From positions 119,722,001 to 119,786,000 of the forward strand of contig OX597817.1 in assembly GCA_951406725.2 (NCBI GenBank): a stretch of DNA of 64,000 nt, written 5' to 3'. The DNA is from Octopus vulgaris (Eukaryota). Position numbers and translations under genes: made by a program. Below are positions 56,666 to 64,000 of the stretch, piece after piece; the first letter of the stretch is position 1; every line of letters begins with the position of its first letter. The notes under the pieces are model-generated. The model was given only the letters and a program-made list of their open reading frames with translations, made no database searches and had not been told where the DNA came from.

Positions 56666-57165
56666 TCCTGCATTGCCTCTCCAGCCCTATATTTATAATC
56701 TCATAGTATGTCACTCAGAATTTATCCTGGCACTTCCCTTTCATTTTCTTCTCCAGTATACTTTTCCTAGGGTACTGTAACTTCCAGACGATCAGCTCTT
56801 TTGACAACCCAGAAATGATGACCAAGTCAAGCTGGAGTTGGGAATTTACAGCAGGTGAAAACTACAGGATACAACTGTACCTGAAGTGCTGGGTGTTATA
56901 TTCTGCGTATGTAAGCCTTGCTCTTATGAACAAATATACAAAAAATAATAATGCATGATAAGCATTCATCATAATATTTGTACATGTGCATACATGTATG
57001 CATGTATGTACATTTACATGTGTGTGTGTGTGTGTGTGCATGTGTATATATATACACATACATATACACACACACACATGCAGAGAAATGTAAATGAAAC
57101 CAGTCATATACATACATACAGACATATACAAAGATATGTATGTTTGTGTATATATATATATATAT

Positions 57166-57503
57166 CATCATCATCATCATCGTTTAACGTCTGTTCTCCA
57201 TGCTAGCATGGGTTGGACGGTTCGACCGGGGATCTGGGAAGCCAGAAGGCTGCACCAGGCTCCAGTCTTATCTGGCAATGTTTCTACAGCTGGATGCCCT
57301 TCCTAACGCCAACCACTCCGTGAGTGTAGTGGGTGCTTTTTACGTGCCACCTGCACAGGTGCCAGGCGAGGCTGGCAACGGCCACGGTCGGATTGGTGTA
57401 TTTTATGTGCCACCAGCACGGAAGCCAGTCGAGGCGGCGCTGGCATCGGCCACGAGTCGGATAGTGCTTTTTACGTACCACCAGACCAGGGATCCTGGCT
57501 GGT
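57166..57503 (-). mobile_element. Young RTE LINE 3' UTR retrocopy
   Basis: (CAT)n tail, three internal gtgcttttacgtg-type repeats and retained CpGs. Confidence 0.88.
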
Positions 57504-57664
57504 TCATATACATATTTATAATATTTTAGACTATATGTCGATTACTGTGTTGAAGTGCTTAGTAGAGCACTGGCACAGTTTGGGCTACCGGTGTCATCTG
57601 AGGTCGGAGTATATTTCCATTGGATCTACTTCAGGAACTCTGCAGGGTTAGTTGAGATAGTAAC

Positions 57665-57999
57665 AATTTTTTAAGTAACCAGAATATGGATTTGGTATTA
57701 ATCTTTATTTTGCACAATGGTGTTTCATCCATTTGTTATACACCCATTTGCGAGCATATAGCAACATGACAGCTGCTCATCTGCAGGCATATAACATGAT
57801 GACAGCTAAAACTCAAGATCTTCAGCAAGACACAACTTTTTGTATGGATGTACCTCATGAGACCCAGACTGCAAAATGGATGCAACACAACATGTTGAAC
57901 GGAGTGCCACCCAAAAGGGACAGTAGTAAGATGGGTCGAAATGATCGTTGTACAAAGTAAAGATTAATACCAAATCTATCTTCTAGTTACTTAAGAAAT

Positions 58000-58000
<1 letters not shown>
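57665..58000 (+). mobile_element. Short element with ~55-bp terminal inverted repeats and a hammerhead-like motif (Penelope-like or MITE)
   Basis: TTAAGTAACCAGAATATGGATTTGGTATTAATCTTTATTTTGCACAA is inverted at ~57948-57994. Contains TGTAC-CTCATGA-GACCCA...TGGGTC-GAAA-TGATCG-TT-GTACA. Followed by (TA)n. Confidence 0.65.
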
Positions 58001-58063
<63 letters not shown>

Positions 58064-58476
58064 TATATGAAGCTTATGTTTTTTATAAGCCTGGTAATTA
58101 TATCAGTGTCTTCTGCCAAACTGCTAAGTTATGGGGCCATAAACTAATAAATACAAGTTGCCATGCAGCAGCTGCCAAGGACAACTGACACAAAGACACA
58201 CACACACACATGTAACAATTATCTGCAGTTTCTGTCAGCTAAATTCCCTCATGATACATTGGTAAGTTCGATCATATAGTAGAAAGCACTTGCCCCAGGT
58301 ACAAGCAAAGTACTGTGTGGAAGTCTGCCATACCTATTTATATATGTATATATATATGTATATATATATAAAATACAAAATGGGACAAGAATGCAAAATA
58401 TCCGGACAACTAGGTGATACAAAAAGTAACAACAAAACATCCAGATAGACGATACAAAAAAACAGGGATATATATA

Positions 58477-58877
58477 TTCTTTTACTCTTTTACTTGTTTC
58501 AGTCATTTTGACTGTGGCCATGCTGGAGCACCGCCTTTAATCGAGCAACTCGACCCCAGGACTTATTATTTTATAAGCCCAGTACTTATTCTATCGGTCT
58601 CTTTGGCAGAACCGCTAGGTAATGAGGACATAAACACACCAGCATCGGTTGTCAAGCAATGCTTGGGGGACAAACACAGACACACAAACACACACACACA
58701 TATATATACATATATACGACAGGCTTCTTTCAGTTTCCGTCTACCAAATCCACTCACAAGGCTTTGGTTGGCCCGAGGCTATAGTAGAAGACACTTGCCC
58801 AAGGTGCCATGCAGTGGGACTGAACTCGGAACCATGTGGTTGGTAAGCAAGCTACTCACCACACAGCCAATCCTGGC
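58477..58877 (-). mobile_element. Full-length family-A SINE
   Basis: Aligns with 18473-18881 and 33918-34336. Confidence 0.92.
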
Positions 58878-59475
58878 ACACACACACACATGTGCATGCA
58901 TATAAACATACATATACACAAACATATATATATGTTTGAGACAGAGAGAGAGAGAGAGAGTGCCATTCTCTCTGTCTTTACATCATGCACTTACTTTAGA
59001 CAAACATCACTGCTATGCAAGAAATGCTATTTGTTGCAATCTTCCAGGTAAACATGACTGGCCAATGCAGTCTTCGAACTCAAAGAGCAAAGGAAGCAGT
59101 CAAATTACAAAGAAACGGTTGAAGGTTGGTGACTGGAAGAGCATCAAGCCATAGAAAACATACTTCTAGAAATTTCCTTTGACCTATGCAAGCATAGAAA
59201 TGTGGGTGTTAAAACTATGGTAATGATAATGATGTTACTGGTTAAAAAATGGACTTAAACAAATGCTAACCCCTAGATTTAATAAAACATATGGTACTGA
59301 ATTCCAAGAACATTACCAAATATCACAAGCATCTACAAGCCAGACAGCATGATGGCTAAATTGTTCTGACTAAAATAACCAAAATAACACCAGTGTTATT
59401 ATATCAGTGTATAAGATTATATCCTTAAAAATGTTTTAGCCCGAAGGCCGCAGCCATGCTGGGGCACCACCGCTG

Positions 59476-59572
59476 AAGAAATAGGGAACGCTTCACGAAT
59501 TTGCATGTCATCCTTGCGCAGGGGCCATGCTAATCTTCTCTGTATCGTTTCAATTTTAGAATATGTGCCGCC
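59476..59572 (-). pseudogene. U6: U6 snRNA retro-pseudogene lacking the first ~11 nt, fused to a SINE/LINE-type 3' tail
   Basis: Minus strand reads GGCGGCACATATTCTAAAATTGAAACGATACAGAGAAGATTAGCATGGCCCCTGCGCAAGGATGACATGCAAATTCGTGAAGCGTTCCCTATTTCTT. ACAGAGA box, AGC triad and ISL are intact, with about six differences from vertebrate U6 as I recall it. Confidence 0.95.
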
Positions 59573-59785
59573 TTAATTTCAAATTTTTAGCACGAGTCTA
59601 GTAAATTCAGGGAAATAAGTCGATTACATCAACCCCAGTATCTAACTGGTATTTATTTCATCGATTTCAAAGGGGTGACAGGCAAAGTCAACCTTGGCAG
59701 AATTTGAACTAGGAATATAATGACAGACGAAATGCCACTAAACATTTTGCCCAGTATCCTGATGATTCCGCTAACTCACTGCCTT
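59573..59785 (-). mobile_element. Family-B SINE immediately upstream of the U6 copy
   Basis: ggcaaagtcaaccttggcagaatttgaact..gacgaaatgccactaaacattttgcc..ctcactgcctt matches family B. Confidence 0.85.
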
Positions 59786-60082
59786 ATATCAGTGTACGAT
59801 ATTACTATATGTATACTGCACTAACACACATCTGAATTTATCTCACAGGCGTAAATCATTATGGTCAGTTAATTATTGTTACTAAATAACCTTGGTACAA
59901 GAGTGTTATCTAATTGGAAACTAAAACTTTTTTTCCAGAGGGAACAGTTAGCAACTTTAACACAGCAGTCGAGGCACATTGGTTAAGACAGCAGAAAATT
60001 GATTTCAAAGGTATTCCTGAACCTCCAACATCATTAACAAGCAAACAAGTGGGTGTGTGCAAAAAATGTTTTGGTCAACAGC

Positions 60083-60505
60083 ATCAACTGGCAGCTGTTG
60101 CAGGCATTTCCAGGATATAGCCATGCATACAAATCAATAGACACTTTTGTGGATCAGGAAGAAATAGTTCACTATCCTACAGAATTTTAAAATTTATTAC
60201 AAGTTTCAAGCCTACTGCTACACAGCTTAAAAAAAAACTCCACATTGATAACCTTTGTGTAATTTAGATCAGCTGCAGCTTTGCAGGAGAACTAGACTAA
60301 TGATTAAGAAGCTTATGCTTCATGCCATTCCGTTGGTACACCAAAGTAGAGGATGCAATTATATACAAAATTCCCATCATACCAACACATGTGCCTTTCA
60401 ATAAAGAAGAATTAAGTTTGCAGAACACCTAAGCTTTGTCACGTCAATCAATAAATCACAAGGGCAAACATTGACAGTTGCTCAACTACACATTGATGAA
60501 TAGCG
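60083..60505 (+). mobile_element. Decayed Helitron PIF1-like helicase fragment
   Basis: Translates INWQLLQAFPG, AYKSIDTFVDQEEIVHYPTEF*N, NLDQLQLCRRTRLMIKKL, KIPIIPTHVPF and LSFVTSINKSQGQTL, with stops and frameshifts. Confidence 0.88.
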
Positions 60506-60657
60506 CTTTATTTATGCAGTAAAACCAAAGCATTAGATATCCTAATATGTTGACATGAATATGTTCGGAATTCTCAGTCTTATGATAGATACAGATCTAA
60601 TATCATAGAAGCTAGGGCTCTCTGCAAATCTAAATATTATTTCTTTATCACTGCATG

Positions 60658-60864
60658 TATGAGGGTGTGCTGAAAAGTTCCTTGCTTTGGATAAAAGAAA
60701 ATACAGGAGGATTTTATTCAACATATTCCTCTCTCAGATTCACACATCTATTGCAGTGGTCCTTCAGTTTTTCTAAGTCCTGTAAAAGAACTTCAAAGGT
60801 TGGATCTCCAACCAAGCCTTTCATGATACCCTTAAAGCAAGGATCTTTTCAGCACCTTTTCATA
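60658..60864. mobile_element. Mariner-derived MITE
   Basis: TIRs TATGAGGGTGTGCTGAAAAGTTCCTTGCTTT / AAAGCAAGGATCTTTTCAGCACCTTTTCATA with TA ends. Confidence 0.85.
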
Positions 60865-61319
60865 TTGCAGCTTGATTATTTGGATGTTTTCCTTCAAAAT
60901 GCTCCAGTTTACACATGTTTTAAGAATGATGTTATTTTCATGACTTATTTACCTCTCAACATTTCAGTTTTTACTCATTTCCAAATTATTTTAAGAATTA
61001 CAGAATTCCAAGACTAAAGAAAATATTTTGTTCAACAATAGTTTGAAAGGAAATAAAACAATTTTTACATTTACTTAATCTTGTGTTCTAATTTTATGAT
61101 TGAATTAAATATATTTCATTTACACAATTAATTTACTAAATATACAATTAATATTGAGCATGTATCTGTTATGCAGTGCATGAAACTATGGACTGTGATA
61201 AATGTACTGCAAAAGAATTTCATTTCTGACATGGAAGAAGATAACTTTTAAAGAGAAATCCTTTAGAAGTGTCTATTAAACTAAATATACTTTCATAATA
61301 ACAATATATCATTTACAGA

Positions 61320-61930
61320 TACTTTCAGCCCGTGTGTGTATTTTCCTTGCTGAATGTGTAGTTAACTCCCATCTTGCCAACAGCATCCTTATACATGGCT
61401 TGCACAGTTCACCCAAGCATTCATCTACACCGAATTTTCTTAGTTACAACCAAACAACAGAGTGTGGTTTCTCTTGTAGTTGTTTCACTAGGAACAGGGC
61501 ATTAGTAGAATACCACTTTGGCAAAAACCCCAAGCTCTATCTGATCTAAATTAATTCTCTTAATTTATAGCACTATAACTGTTTCTGCTACTTTCATAAT
61601 TTGGGCCAACAATTTGATGCCCATGTGCTTACCTCTTTCTAAAAACAAATTCCTTTGATTTTGATACAATTGGGAATGATACAGTTGAATCAGTCATTAG
61701 ATATGACAACTTGTTATTCAACTCATTTGTCTTTTAAAGAAACTGGCTCATGTTCTACTTGCTCAGCATCTATTTCAGATGGTTCTGGTACTTCTCATGC
61801 ATTTGTATACTCAATCACCTTTTCAACCATAGAGCTATCAACTTCAATAACGAGTCCATCTATTGTATCTACTTAGATTAGTTTCTCCTCTTCATGCAAA
61901 TACACCCACTTCGGTACTCTCTTTTAGCAG
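61320..61930 (-). mobile_element. Decayed RTE-clade LINE reverse-transcriptase fragment
   Basis: Minus strand gives DTIDGLVIEVDSSMVEKVI..EVPEPSEIDAE (KAPGPS-like), VISND*, LERGKHMGIKLLAQIMKVAE and INLDQIELG. Confidence 0.8.
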
Positions 61931-62174
61931 TATTTCTTAACACCTTTCCACTTAGTTTCAGTTTGGGCTGGTTGCCTTTGTGTGTATGAGTGTGTAACAA
62001 ATGAAAGAAAAGAGAAATAACTCAGTATTACTATAAAAACTTAGACAAGGATGAATAATTGGGTATTAAATACCATACAATAAAATTCTTCATTTATTGA
62101 AATTACCATCAAGAGATGGTAAGCAAATACCTGCTAAATTTGTGATCAATTCTGAATAAAAAGAGATGATAATC

Positions 62175-62536
62175 TGAAGTAGTGTTTCTTAGACAAGATG
62201 TATAGTTTGGAGATCAAGAAGTCTCTCCAGCTTGAGCCACTATTTCTCTGTATTGAGAGGTCACAGTTCTAGTACAATGGATATGTGATTAAAATGTCAC
62301 TGAAAGAATCTAGAATCATAAGATGGGTTCTTCAAGCTGACCCAATTGACAGGAGACCTAGGAGTAGACCAAGAATGAGATGGCTGAATAATATCCATAG
62401 TCTCAATTGTTCACATTTAGGAAACCAACCAGAAAGTCTACTAGTGATTCTGATAAAACCTTATGGAGGAAGTGTCTGAGGACTCCATCCTCATGACCTT
62501 CCTAGAAACAGTGGGCAGAAAAGATGGATGGATGGA
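62175..62536 (+). mobile_element. 3' end of an RTE-clade (Expander/Rex3-like) LINE with (GATG)n tail
   Basis: Translates SLQLEPLFLCIERSQF*YNGYVIKM..VLQADPIDRRPRSRPRMRWLNNI and ends gatggatggatgga. Confidence 0.85.
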
Positions 62537-62719
62537 GCTTCAGTTCAAGAGGTAGCAAGTAAATGCCAGATGGCATTTACAAACCAACTTTAAATGAAAA
62601 GATGACAGAATCATAAAAATCAGGGTTTATCTGAAATTGACATGTTATTAAAAAAATGTTATTCTGAGTTAGTTGAAGGATGATAATGTACATAAAGATG
62701 TAATATGATGGCCTCTTTC

Positions 62720-63880
62720 CAAATCCCTTGTGACTGTAGCTCAAACAAATCTCCATTGCCCAGCTCATACATAGAGTGGCATTCAAACACTTTATGAACG
62801 TTTTTCATAAATTTTACATTACAGATATTTCCCCAGTTTCACCAAGTTATTCGCCTCTGTTTTTGAAATCATTCTAAATTGTGGACAAAGACTGTTCAAT
62901 ACACTATTCATGTTGGTAGTCTCTTTTCTAGACAGCAAATATTAATGTCCCCAATAACATTGTAGATCATATAGTTCTTCCATTGTAGATCATATAATTC
63001 TTCCAGAACTTCCTTAGTCTTATTCCATTTTTTACCTGCCTTCACAGACTACAAGCTTATCCTAACCTTTTTCAGTCTCCTTCAACCATCTATTTGTGTC
63101 TTCACAGAGTATGTGTAAGTTCTGCACAGGTAGTATACCACGAAAACTATCTATGGCACATTGATCCATAGGACAAAGAACAGGTAATATTGGATGACAT
63201 ATAAATAACTTTGATGTTGATATGGAAATTGATAAGGAATGATGGATAAACATCATTTATAATAAGCAGAACATCAAAGATTGGCTCCTTTTGTTGCAGC
63301 TGTACTACTCTACACTGTTTACAAAATAAAGGATAGAATTACTATTCAAAATGTTACTTTTGTCATTCATGCTTTAAGGGTAAACTCCAACACAAGAGTG
63401 AACCTTTAACAAAAGCCTCAGGGCTTCAAGATGTTGTTAAATGACAAACTTGTAGAAGCATAGATATGCAGTCTTCAGCAGCATTTCCAACAAACAGGAA
63501 TGGAATTCTGTGTTTCGCTACCTTAAACTATTTGGCAATACAATCCTGTCTTGTAAACATTGAACACCTAGGTAACCTTCCTCATCAATAACTTAGAAAA
63601 CCACTGCTGCTGCTAACATGTCAGCGCTGACAGCATCACCATCCCCATTTAAGCTGCACATCTTTGAAACAGCTTTAAATCAGTGGAACCAAGCATGGCT
63701 AGCAGTAAACGCTCTTTCACCAACACCCCCAGCCTTTGAATCTTCAAAGAGAGATATGGTTTCTGCTGAATTAAATTAAGGTTTAAAGGCATATGGTGTT
63801 GATGCTAGTCATCCATCCACACACTCAGAAGTGTTTCTATTTCTTCCATCACTGATCTTCATTTCTTAGTAATTATCACA
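62720..63880 (-). mobile_element. Decayed Tigger/pogo (TIGD1-like) DDE transposase
   Basis: Minus strand gives VMEEIETLLSVWMDD*HQHHMPL, FTASHAWFH*FK, GDAVSADMLAA, NIKVIYMSSNIT..PMDQCAI, LRKFWKNYMIYN, NSLCPQF and ELGNGDLFEL. Confidence 0.88.
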
Positions 63881-64000
63881 GAATGTATTTATACATAACC
63901 TTTAATCTGTTACATAATATGCTCCTTATCCTTTAAAATTGTTGAAACAGTAGAACGATTCATTCCCCGTGCACCTGCTATATTTATCATTTTCTCACAT

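Noticed and set aside
58414-58905. Recurrent ORFs containing RHLPKVP..TMWLVSKLLTTQP or MLAWVGRF
   Set aside because: They are chance translations of family-A SINEs and RTE 3' UTR copies, not a protein family.
59476-59572. Functional U6 snRNA gene
   Set aside because: The 5' stem-loop is missing, a SINE sits where the promoter should be, the terminator is broken, and it is fused to a retroelement tail.
62959-63005. 23-bp tandem duplication
   Set aside because: A local slippage event inside the dead Tigger element.

Overview
AT-rich eukaryotic DNA with no confidently identifiable host protein-coding exon. The repeat landscape looks like an octopus/coleoid cephalopod genome (inference from repeat recognition, no search run). 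It is dominated by (TA)n/(CA)n/(TACA)n microsatellites and several tRNA-derived SINE families. It also holds decayed RTE and R4/Dong-type LINE fragments, three mariner-derived elements, a Tigger/pogo transposase relic and a Helitron helicase relic. Nearly all ORFs in the supplied track are microsatellite or SINE artefacts. Four observations stand out. (1) A SINE + U6 snRNA + SINE/LINE-tail composite at 59412-59783 lies inside one 13-bp direct repeat, and its U6 T-tract is broken, suggesting a U6-containing retroelement. (2) Several different short (TA)n-associated elements each carry a minimal type I hammerhead-ribozyme-like motif (Penelope/retrozyme-like). (3) A ~95-bp patchwork at 48133-48227 is stitched by microhomology from sequences 3-4 kb away and folds into a hairpin. 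(4) Two SINE heads and two SINE tails occur in all four combinations. Coordinates of decayed elements are approximate, and SINE family letters (A, B, C, D, F, V, N) are my own labels.
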